Source: Saliniramus sp.
GTDB taxonomy: Bacteria > Pseudomonadota > Alphaproteobacteria > Rhizobiales > Beijerinckiaceae
Length of the DNA stretch: 64,000 bases
NCBI GenBank assembly: GCA_041686895.1
Contig: JAWLCY010000017.1
Location: 2,490 to 66,489, forward strand
Direction: 5' to 3'
Every line of letters starts with the position of its first letter. The stretch's first letter is position 1. A program made the translations under genes and the position numbers. The notes beneath the pieces were generated by a model. That model saw only the letters and a program-made list of their open reading frames with translations. It searched no databases and was not told the origin of the DNA. Shown piece after piece: positions 49,007 to 58,913 of this stretch.

Positions 49007-49927
49007 TCAGAGCCGGAAATCCTCGCCGAGATAGAGCCGCCGCACATCCGTGTTGGCGACGATCTCGTCGGGCGTCCCCTCGGTCAGGACGCGTCCGGAA
49101 TGGATGATATAGGCGCGGTCGATCAGGCCGAGGGTCTCGCGGACATTGTGATCCGTGATCAGGACGCCGATGCCGCGCTGCGTCAGGTGCCGCACCAGGT
49201 TCTGGATGTCTCCCACCGCGATCGGATCGATGCCGGCGAAGGGTTCGTCGAGAAGCATGAAGGTCGGATCGCCAGCGAGCGCGCGGGCGATCTCGCAGCG
49301 CCGCCGCTCGCCGCCGGAGAGCGAGATCGAGGGCGACTTGCGCAGGCGCTCGATATGGAACTCCTCGAGCAGCGAGTCGAGCTTGCGCTCCCGCGCCCGC
49401 CGGTCCGGCTCGACCACCTCGAGGACGGCGCGAATGTTGTCCTCGACATTCAGGCCGCGAAAGATCGAGGCCTCCTGCGGGAGATAGCCGATGCCGAGCC
49501 GCGCCCGGCGGTACATCGGCATCTGCGTCACGTCGTTGCCTTCAAGGCTGATCATGCCGCGATCGGCGGCGACGAGGCCCGTGATCATGTAGAAGATCGT
49601 GGTCTTGCCCGCGCCGTTCGGCCCGAGCAGGCCCACCGCCTCGCCCCGGCGGACGTGGAGCGCCGCATCGTGCACCACCGTCTTGCTGCCATAGGTCTTC
49701 TGCAGGCCCTTGACCGCGAGGATCCCCGGCCCGCCAAGGATCGCCTCCTCATCCGCGGCGGAATCCGCCCGCCCGCCGAACAGGCCGCCGAGCCAGCCCC
49801 GGATTCCGGAACTGCCGTGCGGCTCGTCGCGAAAGGCGACGGGCATGTTCAGAGCGCTGGCATGACCGCGATCGTTCACGTCGAGAAACCTTCCCCTGCC
49901 CCATGGCGCGCCGCTGCGCTTGTTCAT
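49007..49927 (-). CDS. lptB: LPS export ABC transporter ATP-binding protein LptB
   Basis: GLLGPNGAGKTTIFYMI, LSGGERRRCEIARAL, LLDEPFAGIDP, ITDHNVRE. There is an N-terminal extension before the ABC core. Start uncertain (ATG 49927, 49846 or 49978). Confidence 0.92.
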   Translation of the reverse strand: MNKRSGAPWGRGRFLDVNDRGHASALNMPVAFRDEPHGSSGIRGWLGGLFGGRADSAADEEAILGGPGILAVKGLQKTYGSKTVVHDAALHVRRGEAVGLLGPNGAGKTTIFYMITGLVAADRGMISLEGNDVTQMPMYRRARLGIGYLPQEASIFRGLNVEDNIRAVLEVVEPDRRARERKLDSLLEEFHIERLRKSPSISLSGGERRRCEIARALAGDPTFMLLDEPFAGIDPIAVGDIQNLVRHLTQRGIGVLITDHNVRETLGLIDRAYIIHSGRVLTEGTPDEIVANTDVRRLYLGEDFRL

Positions 49928-49995
49928 GCGCCGGTATCGGCGCAATGCACTGGTAGCCGAGGGCCGGATCGCATGCAACCGGCGCTTTCAGGGGA

Positions 49996-50556
49996 TCATT
50001 GCTGCCCGCCGGAGCCGGGGATGAAGAGGCCGCGCACCCGCTGGCTTTCCCCCGCCTCGACATTGGCCACGCCGCGGTCGATATCGTAGACGAGGCGCTC
50101 GCCGCGCGTCACGTTCGGCCCCTGGCTGAGGGCGACATTGCCCGTCATCACCATCTGGCCGTTCTGCCTGTCATAGACCGCCCGGTCGCCCGTCGCGATC
50201 TGGTCCTGGGAGAGGATGGTCACGGGGCCCGCGCAGTCGATGCGGCTGATCGAATCGCCCTCGCCCCCGCCCTCGGCCGCCCCGGTCGGCGCGCGGTCGA
50301 AGTGAATGGTCAGCTCCGTGCAGCGGATCGTCGTATCCCCCTGCACCGCGACGACGTTCCCCGCATAGACGGCGCGGTTCTCGCGGTCGAACACGTCGAG
50401 GCGGTCGGCATCGATCCGGATGGGATCCTGCGAGTTCGAGCCGAGGCCGGAAAAGGCGCTTTCCTCCGCCGGCTGCTGGGCCAGCGCGGCCCCCGGCAGC
50501 GGCAAGGCCAGCGCCGCCGCGAACAGTATCCGACTGAATGTGGTCACGAGGTTCAT
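49996..50556 (-). CDS. lptA: LPS transport periplasmic protein LptA (OstA family)
   Basis: Signal peptide MNLVTTFSRILFAAALALPLPGAALA. OstA-like beta-jellyroll repeats (IRIDADRLDV....AVYAGNVVAVQGDTTI). Lies between lptC and lptB. Confidence 0.85.
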   Translation of the reverse strand: MNLVTTFSRILFAAALALPLPGAALAQQPAEESAFSGLGSNSQDPIRIDADRLDVFDRENRAVYAGNVVAVQGDTTIRCTELTIHFDRAPTGAAEGGGEGDSISRIDCAGPVTILSQDQIATGDRAVYDRQNGQMVMTGNVALSQGPNVTRGERLVYDIDRGVANVEAGESQRVRGLFIPGSGGQQ

Positions 50557-50557
50557 G

Positions 50558-51361
50558 CTACTGGGTCCCACGCTCGCTGCCCGCCGCCGGCGCCGCCGTC
50601 GCCACGGGGCTTCCCGTCGCCGCGCCGCCTGAATTGCCCGACCGGAGATCCGGAGCCGCCAGGACGCTGCGGACATTGCCTTCGAAAGTAATGACCTTGC
50701 CGCTTTCGACAACGTCCATCCGGTCGGCCTCGATGGTGCCTGACTGGAATTCGAGACGCACCGGCTCGTTCGACACGACATTGCCCGTGGCGAAGTCCAC
50801 GATCGCCGATTCGAGCACGAGCGTATAGCCGTTGCTGGAAACGACGCGCACGTCCCTGGACAATTCGAGCCGTTCGGCCTGCGTGTCGAACCGCCCGGTC
50901 GCGGCCTCGACGCGCGCCACCCCGCCTTCCCCGTCGACCGCGAGCCTTGCGCGCATGTCGACGAGATCCACGAGATGCGGCTCGCGCACGTCCTGCGACG
51001 CCTCCCGCGCGGTCACCTCGTAGGGCCGCCCCTCGCCCTGCGAGCCGGTCAGCCGGGGATTGTCCATCACGACCCGTGTTCCGGAGACGCTGACCGGCCC
51101 GATCGTCAGTCCGCCCTGGGAGGCGAAGGGGTTGAAGAAGGTGATCACGACCACGAGCCCGACGGCCAGCGCCGCGCCAAGGGGGATGGCGCGCTTCAGA
51201 AAGCGCACGCGCCGGGAATGCCGGACGGCGCGGTCGTAATCCCGCAGGGCCGCGCGGCCGCCGCCCGTCTCGTTCCCTCTACGCCGATCCACCAGCGACG
51301 ACTCCACGTCGGTATGATTGCCCCGCGACGGCTCATGCGAGCCTCCGGACTGCATCCCCAT
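50558..51361 (-). CDS. lptC: LPS export system protein LptC
   Basis: RHSRRVRFLKRAIPLGAALAVGLVVVITF membrane anchor followed by an LptC-like beta region. The stop lies 1 nt before the lptA ATG. Start uncertain (51361, 51355, 51385 or 51418). Confidence 0.75.
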   Translation of the reverse strand: MGMQSGGSHEPSRGNHTDVESSLVDRRRGNETGGGRAALRDYDRAVRHSRRVRFLKRAIPLGAALAVGLVVVITFFNPFASQGGLTIGPVSVSGTRVVMDNPRLTGSQGEGRPYEVTAREASQDVREPHLVDLVDMRARLAVDGEGGVARVEAATGRFDTQAERLELSRDVRVVSSNGYTLVLESAIVDFATGNVVSNEPVRLEFQSGTIEADRMDVVESGKVITFEGNVRSVLAAPDLRSGNSGGAATGSPVATAAPAAGSERGTQ

Positions 51362-51437
51362 GATGCACCCGGTTCGTTGATGCATCCAGGTGGCGAAGTT
51401 ATGTCCCCGCCGCGCCAAAGGAAAGCCTTTATCGGCC

Positions 51438-52052
51438 TCAGCTATGGGCGAAGATGTCGGTCTCCGGCCAACCGGCGAGGTCGAGCCGCGCGCGGGCGGG
51501 GAGGAAATCGAAACAGGCCTGCGCCAGGCCGGCGCGATCTTCCCGCGCCAGCATGGCGTCGAGGCGCTCCTTCAGGGCGTGCAGATGCAGGACGTCGGAG
51601 GCGGCGTAGTCGAGCTGCGCCTGGGTCAGCTCATCCGCCGCCCAGTCCGAGGATTGCTGCTGCTTGGACAGGTCGACCCCGATCAGCTCCCGCGTCAGGT
51701 CCTTGAGCCCGTGGCGATCGGTATAGGTGCGCGTGAGCTTCGAGGCGATCTTGGTGCAATAGACCGGCGAGGGCATCACGCCCAGGGCATGGAACAGCAC
51801 CGCGAGGTCGAAGCGCGCGAAATGGAAGATCTTGAGCACGGCCGGATCGCCCATCACCCGCGCAAGGTTCGCCGGCCGCGCCTGTCCCTTGCGGATCTGC
51901 ACGACATCCGCGTCCCCGTCGCCCCGCGAGATCTGGACCACGCAGAGCCGGTCGCGCAGCGGGTTGAGCCCGAGGGTTTCCGTGTCGACGGCGATCGAGG
52001 CGCCCGGAGCATAATCGGCGGGAAGGTCTTCGCGGTGATAGCGCACGCTCAT
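51438..52052 (-). CDS. rnd: ribonuclease D-like 3'-5' exonuclease (short form)
   Basis: [10 protein letters not shown] (ExoI), [18 protein letters not shown] (ExoII), YAASDVLHL (ExoIII). Confidence 0.85.
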   Translation of the reverse strand: MSVRYHREDLPADYAPGASIAVDTETLGLNPLRDRLCVVQISRGDGDADVVQIRKGQARPANLARVMGDPAVLKIFHFARFDLAVLFHALGVMPSPVYCTKIASKLTRTYTDRHGLKDLTRELIGVDLSKQQQSSDWAADELTQAQLDYAASDVLHLHALKERLDAMLAREDRAGLAQACFDFLPARARLDLAGWPETDIFAHS

Positions 52053-52094
52053 GTCGTCGTCGGCCCTGCTGGAACATCAATCGCCGCGGTGATT

Positions 52095-52691
52095 TCACGC
52101 TCCGGGCGGGCTGTCAAATCGGGGACGTTCTTCTCCAAGGGATTCCGCCCGAAACACCCGCAGCGTCACCCCTGCGGCGGGGTCGATGACCTGCTCCTGC
52201 CCGGCGGCGAGGCCGGCGCGGACGAGGATGGCCTCGGCGGGCTCGCCCTGTTCGACGGCGGCAAAGAGGCCGCGTCCGCCGGGGAGCGTGACGCCCCTCG
52301 CGCGGGAGAGGTGGAAGGCGGAGAAGCCGATCGCGAGGAAGCGGTCGAAGGCCGCCTGTCCGCCCGGCACGCCGACGTGGCCGCCCTCGGGCAGGAGACG
52401 CGCGGCGACCTCGTCCCAGCCGATCCGCTCCGGCGACCACCACCAGGCATCCGCGCGTTCCTCGAGCCCGTCGGCGGAGCGCGACATCACCAGCCGCCGC
52501 CGGTTTCGCGCGTTGGGCGTGGCGCGATGGCTCGCATGGCCGAGGACGGTCAGCGCGCAGAGATCGAGCCCGGCCTGGAAATAGGCCCAGTCCGCCTCGT
52601 TCATGAGCGCTTGCGGAAACCGGCCGTCCCGGTCGGCGATGCGGTCATCGTCGGAGACGATCGCATAGCCGTGAATGGCGATTTCGGCCAC
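52095..52691 (-). CDS. conserved hypothetical protein, possibly DHFR/RibD-C-like fold (tentative)
   Basis: [55 protein letters not shown]... GTG at 52691, 8 nt after the purH stop. The ORF-track upstream part overlaps purH and is not credited. Family assignment is from memory and weak. Confidence 0.45.
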   Translation of the reverse strand: MAEIAIHGYAIVSDDDRIADRDGRFPQALMNEADWAYFQAGLDLCALTVLGHASHRATPNARNRRRLVMSRSADGLEERADAWWWSPERIGWDEVAARLLPEGGHVGVPGGQAAFDRFLAIGFSAFHLSRARGVTLPGGRGLFAAVEQGEPAEAILVRAGLAAGQEQVIDPAAGVTLRVFRAESLGEERPRFDSPPGA

Positions 52692-52699
52692 GCGCGCGC

Positions 52700-54292
52700 T
52701 CAATGGCGGAAATGGCGATGGCCGGTGAAGACCATGGCGAGCCCGGCCTCGTCGGCGGCCTTGATCACCTCGTCGTCGCGCATCGAGCCGCCGGGCTGGA
52801 TCACCGCCGTCGCGCCCGCTTCCGCCGCAGCGAGAAGGCCGTCGGCGAAGGGGAAAAATGCGTCGGAGGCGACGACGGAGCCCCTGGCGAGGCTCTCCGC
52901 GAGGCCGAGCGCCTTCGCCGCCTCGCTCGCTTTCCAAGCGGCGATGCGCGAGGAATCGACCCGGCTCATCTGGCCCGCGCCGATGCCGACGGTGGCGCCG
53001 TCCTTCGCATAGACGATGGCGTTCGACTTGACATGCTTGGCGACCCGGAAGGCGAAGCGCATGTCGGCGAGTTCGCGTTCGCCGGGCGCGCGGCGCGTCA
53101 CCACCTTGAGATCCATGTCGTCGACGACGGCGCTGTCGCGGTTCTGCACGAGAAGACCGCCGGCGACGGTGCGCACGGAGAGCCCCGACGCGCGCGGATC
53201 GGGCAGGCCGCCGGTGAGCAGGAGGCGCAGGTTCTTCTTGGCGGCGACGATCGCCATCGCCTCCTCGCTCGCCTCCGGGGCGATGATCACCTCGGTGAAG
53301 ATCTCGACGATCTTCTTCGCGGCATCCGCGTCGAGCGGGCGGTTCATGGCGACGATGCCGCCGAAGGCCGAGACGGGATCGCAGGCGAGCGCCCGCTCAT
53401 AGGCCTCGACGAGCGACGGCCCCTCGGCCACCCCGCAGGGATTGGCGTGCTTGACGATGACGATCGCGGCGCTCTTGCCGGGATCGAACTCGCCGACGCA
53501 CTCAAAGGCGGCGTCGGTATCGTTGATGTTGTTGAAGGACAATTGTTTGCCCTGGACCTGCCGCGCCGTCGACACGCCGGGACGCGCCTCCGCCGTGAGG
53601 TAGAACGCCGCCTTCTGGTGCGGGTTCTCGCCGTAGCGCATCTCCTCCGCGAGCGTCCCGCCGACGGCGCGGTAGGCGGGGGCATCGATCGCGAGTTCCG
53701 CCGCGAGCCAGTTCGAGATCGCCGCGTCATAGGCGGCGGTGCGGGCATAGGCCTTCTGGGCGAGGCGCTTGCGCAGGGAGAGGGTAGTCTCGCCGTCATA
53801 GGCATCGAGATCGGCGATGACCGCATCGTAATCCGCCGCGTCGACGACGACGGCGACGTCGTGATGGTTCTTGGCGGCGGCGCGGATCATCGCGGGCCCG
53901 CCGATATCGATGTTCTCGACGCAATCGTCATGGGGCTTGCCGGCGGCGACCGTCGCCTCGAAGGGATAGAGATTGACCACGAGCAGGTCGATCGCCTCGA
54001 TCCCGTGGGCGAACATCGCCGCCTGGTGCTCGGGATTGGCGCGGATGCCCAGGAGCCCGCCATGGATCCGCGGATGCAGCGTCTTGACCCGCCCGTCCAT
54101 CATTTCCGGGAAGCCCGTCAAGTCGGAAACCTCCTGAACGGGCAGCCCCGCCTCGATCAGCGTGCGATGCGTGCCCCCCGTCGAGACCAGCGCGACGCCG
54201 CGCTCGTGCAGCTTGCGGGCGAAGTCGACGATTCCGGCTTTCTCGGAGACGGAGAGGAGGGCGCGCGTGATGCGCCGTGTGTCGCTTGGCAT
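52700..54292 (-). CDS. purH: bifunctional AICAR formyltransferase / IMP cyclohydrolase
   Basis: [69 protein letters not shown]-terminus. Confidence 0.97.
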   Translation of the reverse strand: MPSDTRRITRALLSVSEKAGIVDFARKLHERGVALVSTGGTHRTLIEAGLPVQEVSDLTGFPEMMDGRVKTLHPRIHGGLLGIRANPEHQAAMFAHGIEAIDLLVVNLYPFEATVAAGKPHDDCVENIDIGGPAMIRAAAKNHHDVAVVVDAADYDAVIADLDAYDGETTLSLRKRLAQKAYARTAAYDAAISNWLAAELAIDAPAYRAVGGTLAEEMRYGENPHQKAAFYLTAEARPGVSTARQVQGKQLSFNNINDTDAAFECVGEFDPGKSAAIVIVKHANPCGVAEGPSLVEAYERALACDPVSAFGGIVAMNRPLDADAAKKIVEIFTEVIIAPEASEEAMAIVAAKKNLRLLLTGGLPDPRASGLSVRTVAGGLLVQNRDSAVVDDMDLKVVTRRAPGERELADMRFAFRVAKHVKSNAIVYAKDGATVGIGAGQMSRVDSSRIAAWKASEAAKALGLAESLARGSVVASDAFFPFADGLLAAAEAGATAVIQPGGSMRDDEVIKAADEAGLAMVFTGHRHFRH

Positions 54293-54417
54293 TGTTCAAT
54301 CCGGGCTGTGCGCGCCGTCGCGGCGCGAGATGCCGGGCCGTTAGCACGAATGGCCCTGCGGGGGAACCGTCTCGTGTTGCAATGCAGCGTCACGGCGCGC
54401 TCGCGGCATGGGGCAGT

Positions 54418-56151
54418 TCAGCTCCGGGGCGTCAGGCGCTCGAAGCGCCAGGGCGCAGGTCCCTCCTCGCCGGGCGCGAGCGGCACGACGATCTGCTGGC
54501 TGCGGCGCGCACCGTCCGTCGCCGCGAGGAAAATGCTTTCCTCGAGGCTCGCAATCCGCCCCTCCGCGAGGAATTGCCAGGCCTCCCCGCCGGGCAGGAT
54601 CAGCATGACGACGCGCCCGCCCTGGGCGAGGTTGGCCTTGACGCCCGGATGCAGGTGAAAGCGCAGCATGGCCGGGGCGGTCTTTCGCGCGCCTGCCTCG
54701 ACGCGAAGGCGGTCCTCGCCCTCGAGCCGGTCGCCTTCCGGCGACAGTTCGAGGCGGCGCTCGTGGACGATGCCGTAATCATGGACATATCCGTCATGCG
54801 TCGCCTTCAGCCTCAGGGGTTCGGGACGGTCGACCTCGCAGCGCCGCGGACCGCGGATGATCACCGGTCCGATCCGGTCGATCAGCCATCGCGCCAGAAG
54901 CCGCTCGCCGTACCAGCCGCTCTCCGACAGGAAATGCGCGCTGGACGTGTCGTCGATGGTCACGGTCGAATGGGCCGCCGTCGCGCGCGTGAGGAAGGCG
55001 ACGGGCTCGCTCGCCCCGCGCGGCGCGCCGCAATTGACAACGATTCTGCTGCCGCCATCGGAAAACTCGAAGGCGAGCGCGCCCGCTCCCGCCTCGGGCG
55101 CATGTTCCGGCGGCGGCGCGGCGCCGACATCCATCACGACGAGCGCGCCCCGCGCCTCGATGCGCTCGTAGCCGGAGATCAGGCCGCGCTGGAGCGGACT
55201 GGCCCGCGCCTCGTCGTAGAAGAGCAGCGTCGTCAGGTGGTCCACGGGTGTCGAGCCCATGCCGTTGAACAGGGCGAGCGTCCCGTCGCCGTGCCGCAGG
55301 AGCCGCAGCATGGGCGGTATGCGGTCGATGGCCCGCAGGAGCGCCTCCGGCGGCTCGATCCCGCGCGCGAGGAACACCTGCTTGAGAGGCAGAAGATCGA
55401 GGAGCAGCTCGAGGATGGTCTTGGGATTGCGCCCGACATGCCCGCCATCGGGGAGGATCTGGCGATCAAGCTCGAGCGCGAGCGTCCGCGCGGCGCGGCG
55501 GCCAAGGGCGTCGCATCCTTCGAGGCTGAGACCGGCATAGCAGAGGGCGATGGACGTCACGAGCCGCGCCAGCGGGCGCGGGTGGTCGACCATGGCGCGC
55601 GCGAGCAGGCGCAGGTCGCGCGCCAGCGCCCGCATCAGGCGCTGGTAGAAATCATGGTCGGCCCCGTCGAGGATGAGGGGCGACTGGCTGAGGAAGGACA
55701 TGACGCGGCGCGCCGCCACCTCGGGACGCCGGGCCGCCGAATCCTGCGGCATGTCGAGATATTCGTCGACGAGCGCCCTCGCATTCGCGCGCGCCAGCGC
55801 CGTGTCGGCGGCCCGCAGGTGCCGCAGCCAGCCGAAGCCGAAGAGGATTTCGGCCCAGGCGCGCGAGGGCGCGGGCAGTCCGAAGGGGGAGCGCCCGCCG
55901 GTGGCTACGGCGCGCCCGCCGAAGACGAAGTATCCCGCATAGATGTCGTTGGCGATGGTCGCATCCGAGGTTCGCATGTCCGGGGGGACGATGAGCAGCC
56001 TCTCCGGCTTGCGGCGAAGGGGGCTGCGCGGCTGGGCCAGCCGTCGGCCGATAACCCGCAGCGACCGGCCCGCCTCGCGCAGGGCCAGCCCGTAGACCCG
56101 CCATCGATCAGGTCCCGAACTCAATCCATCCCCCAAGCAGGGTCGCCTCAA
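54418..56151 (-). CDS. heparinase II/III family protein
   Basis: 577 aa. N-terminal PPDMRTSDATIANDIYAGYFVFGG and the central/C-terminal pattern (HGDGTLALFNGMG, AAHSTVTIDD) fit the heparinase II/III-like family commonly found between rsmB and purH in Rhizobiales (from memory). TTG longest start, uncertain. Confidence 0.78.
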   Translation of the reverse strand: MRRPCLGDGLSSGPDRWRVYGLALREAGRSLRVIGRRLAQPRSPLRRKPERLLIVPPDMRTSDATIANDIYAGYFVFGGRAVATGGRSPFGLPAPSRAWAEILFGFGWLRHLRAADTALARANARALVDEYLDMPQDSAARRPEVAARRVMSFLSQSPLILDGADHDFYQRLMRALARDLRLLARAMVDHPRPLARLVTSIALCYAGLSLEGCDALGRRAARTLALELDRQILPDGGHVGRNPKTILELLLDLLPLKQVFLARGIEPPEALLRAIDRIPPMLRLLRHGDGTLALFNGMGSTPVDHLTTLLFYDEARASPLQRGLISGYERIEARGALVVMDVGAAPPPEHAPEAGAGALAFEFSDGGSRIVVNCGAPRGASEPVAFLTRATAAHSTVTIDDTSSAHFLSESGWYGERLLARWLIDRIGPVIIRGPRRCEVDRPEPLRLKATHDGYVHDYGIVHERRLELSPEGDRLEGEDRLRVEAGARKTAPAMLRFHLHPGVKANLAQGGRVVMLILPGGEAWQFLAEGRIASLEESIFLAATDGARRSQQIVVPLAPGEEGPAPWRFERLTPRS

Positions 56152-56214
56152 GAGCCTACAAAGCCCCTGCCATGGTTAACGTTACGTTTAAGATATCAAT
56201 GGGATTCTTGCTTT

Positions 56215-57564
56215 TCAGGAGATGCGGAACCGCGCGGCGAAGAAGCCGTCAAGTCCTCCCTCCATGCCCGGCGCTGTGGCCAGATGGGGAAGGCTGCGGA
56301 AATCCCCTTCCGCAGTGAGGAGCGCGCCGAGCCCTCCGACCTCCTCGGGACGCACGGGAATCCGCTCGAAACCCGGGCGCCGGGCGAGAAAGGAAGCGGC
56401 CTGCAGCTCTCCCTCCTCGGGTTCGAGCGAGCAGGTGCAAAAGACGAGCCTGCCGCCGGGGGCGAGCATGGCCGCGGCCTTGTCGAGCAGCCTCGCCTGC
56501 AGCTCCGCGAGCTTTGCGATATCCTCCGGCGTCTTGGTCCAGGCGACGTCCGGGTGACGCCTCAGCGTACCGGTGGAGGAGCACGGGGCGTCGAGGAGGA
56601 TGGCGTCGAACCGCTCCTCGCCGCCCATGGCGAGGACGTCGAGGACGCGGACATCCGCCTCGAGGCCAAGGCGGCCCAGATTGTCCTTCACGCGCACGAG
56701 GCGCTTGGCGGAACGATCGACGGCGACGACCGAGGCTCCGGTCGTGGCAAGCTGCGCCGTCTTGCCTCCGGGCGCAGCGCAGAGATCGGCGACCCGCTCC
56801 CCGGGCTTCGCCGCGAGCAAGCGCGCCGGGATCGCGGCGGCCGCGTCCTGGATCCACCACTGGCCTTCGTCGTAGCCGGGAAGATCGCGCACCGCCATGC
56901 GCGAGGCGAGCCGGAGGCTTCCGGTGGGCAGGATCCGCGCATCGAGCCGCGCCGCCCATTCCTCCGGCCGTGAGGCGACGGTGACGTCCAGCGGAGCCTC
57001 CCGGCGATGCGCGCCGGCCATCGCCACGACCGCCTCGCGCCCGTAGGCCGCGAGCCAGCGCCCGGCGAGCCAGTCCGGAATGTCCGCAAGCGGATCGGCC
57101 CGGGCGATGATGTCATCGCGCTCGCGCACGAAGCGGCGCAGGACGGCGTTGACGAGTCCCGCATAGCGCGCGAGCCCCCGTTCGGCGTTGGCGATATCGA
57201 CGGCGGTGGCGACGGCGGCGTGGTCCGGCACGTCGAGAAAGAGGATCTGGGCCGCGCCGGTGGCGTAGATCGCGAACATGCGCCCGTCGCGAATCTCCTC
57301 CTTGAGGCGCGCCCGCAAGGCCTCCCGGATCGTGCCGAGGCGGCGGAACGCCACGATGCAGATCGCGCGGGCAAGGGCGGCGTCGCGCGGTTCGAGCCCC
57401 GCCGTCCCCGCCTGGGCCTCGAACACGTCGTCGAGGGGCTTGCGGGAACGCAGGACCTCCTCGATCACCCGATAGGCCAGCATGCGCGCCGGGAGACCGG
57501 CAGCGGGAGTCGCCGGAGCGGAGGTCGGCCGCGCATCGGGGCGTGGCCGTCTTGTCTGTTTCAT
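56215..57564 (-). CDS. rsmB: 16S rRNA (cytosine-C5)-methyltransferase, RsmB/Sun family
   Basis: NusB-like N-domain. SAM motifs DLCAAPGGKT, DAPCSSTGTLRRHPD, LVFCTCSLEPEE. ATG at 57564. Confidence 0.88.
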   Translation of the reverse strand: MKQTRRPRPDARPTSAPATPAAGLPARMLAYRVIEEVLRSRKPLDDVFEAQAGTAGLEPRDAALARAICIVAFRRLGTIREALRARLKEEIRDGRMFAIYATGAAQILFLDVPDHAAVATAVDIANAERGLARYAGLVNAVLRRFVRERDDIIARADPLADIPDWLAGRWLAAYGREAVVAMAGAHRREAPLDVTVASRPEEWAARLDARILPTGSLRLASRMAVRDLPGYDEGQWWIQDAAAAIPARLLAAKPGERVADLCAAPGGKTAQLATTGASVVAVDRSAKRLVRVKDNLGRLGLEADVRVLDVLAMGGEERFDAILLDAPCSSTGTLRRHPDVAWTKTPEDIAKLAELQARLLDKAAAMLAPGGRLVFCTCSLEPEEGELQAASFLARRPGFERIPVRPEEVGGLGALLTAEGDFRSLPHLATAPGMEGGLDGFFAARFRIS

Positions 57565-57616
57565 GGTGTTCAAGATCTCCCGCCCCCGGAGCCGAATGCG
57601 GCCCCCAAATTCGTAC

Positions 57617-58567
57617 TCAACCCCATGGGCCGCGACGAGTGTCGTCACGACGCGGTGCTCCCCAGGGACCGGCCCCGCCTGCCCGCGCCGACGAACCCGC
57701 GCTCCGCGCCGGAGACGCGGCGGAGACACCCATCTCGCGCGCGAAGGCATGAAGCGCCGCGACCCTGTTCTGCGTCGCAGGATGCGTCGAGAAGAGATTG
57801 TCCATCCCCCCCTGCGTCAGGGGATTGATGATGAACATCGGCGCCGTCGCCGGATGGCGCTCGGCGTCCTCGTTGGGGATGCGCGCGACGCCGCCGGCGA
57901 TCTTCTCCAGCGCGGAGGAGAGCCAGAGCGGGTTGCCGCAGATCTCCGCGCCCATGCGGTCGGCCACGTATTCCCGAGAGCGGCTGATCGCCATCTGGAT
58001 CAGCATGCCGCCGAGCGGGGCGAGGATCATCATGGCGAGCATCATGAACGGGTGGGGCCGGTTGTCGCCGCGGCCGCCGAAGAGAAAGCCGAACTGGGCG
58101 AGCGTCGCCAGCGCCCCGGCAATGGTGGCGCTGATCGTCATGATCAGCGTGTCGCGGGACTTGATATGGGCGAGTTCGTGGGCCATCACGCCCGCAAGCT
58201 CCTCGCGCGTGAGCATGCGCATCAGGCCGGTCGTCGCCGCGACGGCGGCGTTCACCGGATTGCGCCCGGTGGCGAAGGCGTTGGGCTGGGGATTGTCGAT
58301 GACATAGACCCGCGGCATCGGCAGCTCGGCCCGTGCGGCGAGCTCGCGCACCATCGCGACGAGCTCCGGCGCGGATTGCTCATCCACCTCCCGCGCGCCG
58401 TGGGCGCGAAGGGCGAGCTTGTCCGAGTTCCAGTAGGCGAAGACATTGGTCGCGGCGGCGATGCCAAGCGCGATCAGCATGCCCCCCTCGCCGCCGATCA
58501 TGAAGCCGACGACGCCGAACAGGGCGGTAAGAGCCGCGAGCAGAAGTCCGGTCTTGATATAGTTCAT
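57617..58567 (-). CDS. htpX: zinc metalloprotease HtpX
   Basis: [11 protein letters not shown]..., the [10 protein letters not shown] zinc motif, four TM segments. ATG at 58567. Confidence 0.93.
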   Translation of the reverse strand: MNYIKTGLLLAALTALFGVVGFMIGGEGGMLIALGIAAATNVFAYWNSDKLALRAHGAREVDEQSAPELVAMVRELAARAELPMPRVYVIDNPQPNAFATGRNPVNAAVAATTGLMRMLTREELAGVMAHELAHIKSRDTLIMTISATIAGALATLAQFGFLFGGRGDNRPHPFMMLAMMILAPLGGMLIQMAISRSREYVADRMGAEICGNPLWLSSALEKIAGGVARIPNEDAERHPATAPMFIINPLTQGGMDNLFSTHPATQNRVAALHAFAREMGVSAASPARSAGSSARAGGAGPWGAPRRDDTRRGPWG

Positions 58568-58597
58568 CGACGGGTCCCAAATGGTGAGTGCCGCCCT

Positions 58598-58631
58598 ATA
58601 TGTGGGGAGCCGCCCGCGTTTTCGACAAGAG
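58598..58631 (-). promoter_or_regulatory. possible RpoH (sigma32)-type promoter for htpX
   Basis: The minus strand reads CTCTTG-N18-CCCCACATAT, about 30 nt upstream of the htpX ATG. It resembles CTTG...CCCCATNT. The spacing is at the long end of the accepted range. Confidence 0.3.
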
Positions 58632-58670
58632 CCCGCGGCGCTCCGACGAGACCCTGAACACAGCCGAGCC

Positions 58671-58901
58671 ATGAGCGAATCCGAGAACTCGAGCCAGACC
58701 GAAGCCGTTCCCGGCGCCGCCGCCGGAAAGCCGCTCAGCGACGCCGCCCGCCGCGCCCTCGAGGAGGCCGCCGCCCGCCGGGCGGAAATCGATGCGCGCG
58801 CGCGAGAGATCGCCGCCCAGCCGGAACGGCTCGGACGCGGCGGACTTGAGCCCGTCCGCTACAATGACTGGGAGATCAAGGGACGCGCCTGCGACTTCTG
58901 A
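58671..58901 (+). CDS. DUF1674 (SDHAF4-like) protein
   Basis: The C-terminus [19 protein letters not shown] matches the DUF1674 signature (EPTRYGDWE.KGR..DF). Confidence 0.8.
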   Translation: MSESENSSQTEAVPGAAAGKPLSDAARRALEEAAARRAEIDARAREIAAQPERLGRGGLEPVRYNDWEIKGRACDF

Positions 58902-58913
58902 GGCGCGGCGTCC

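Noticed and set aside
54293-54417. Possible ZTP (pfl) riboswitch in the purH leader.
   Set aside because: I read the minus-strand leader and could not find the conserved pfl elements (GGGUCGUGAC…CCGGGCGGA… and the 3' CCGCCUGGGC pseudoknot partner). An Infernal scan with RF01750 would settle it.
54277-56973. 898-aa plus-strand ORF spanning the heparinase-like gene and rsmB, considered as a possible large novel protein.
   Set aside because: Same reasoning as above. It is antisense to two well-supported genes, has R/A/G/P-biased composition and shows no motifs.
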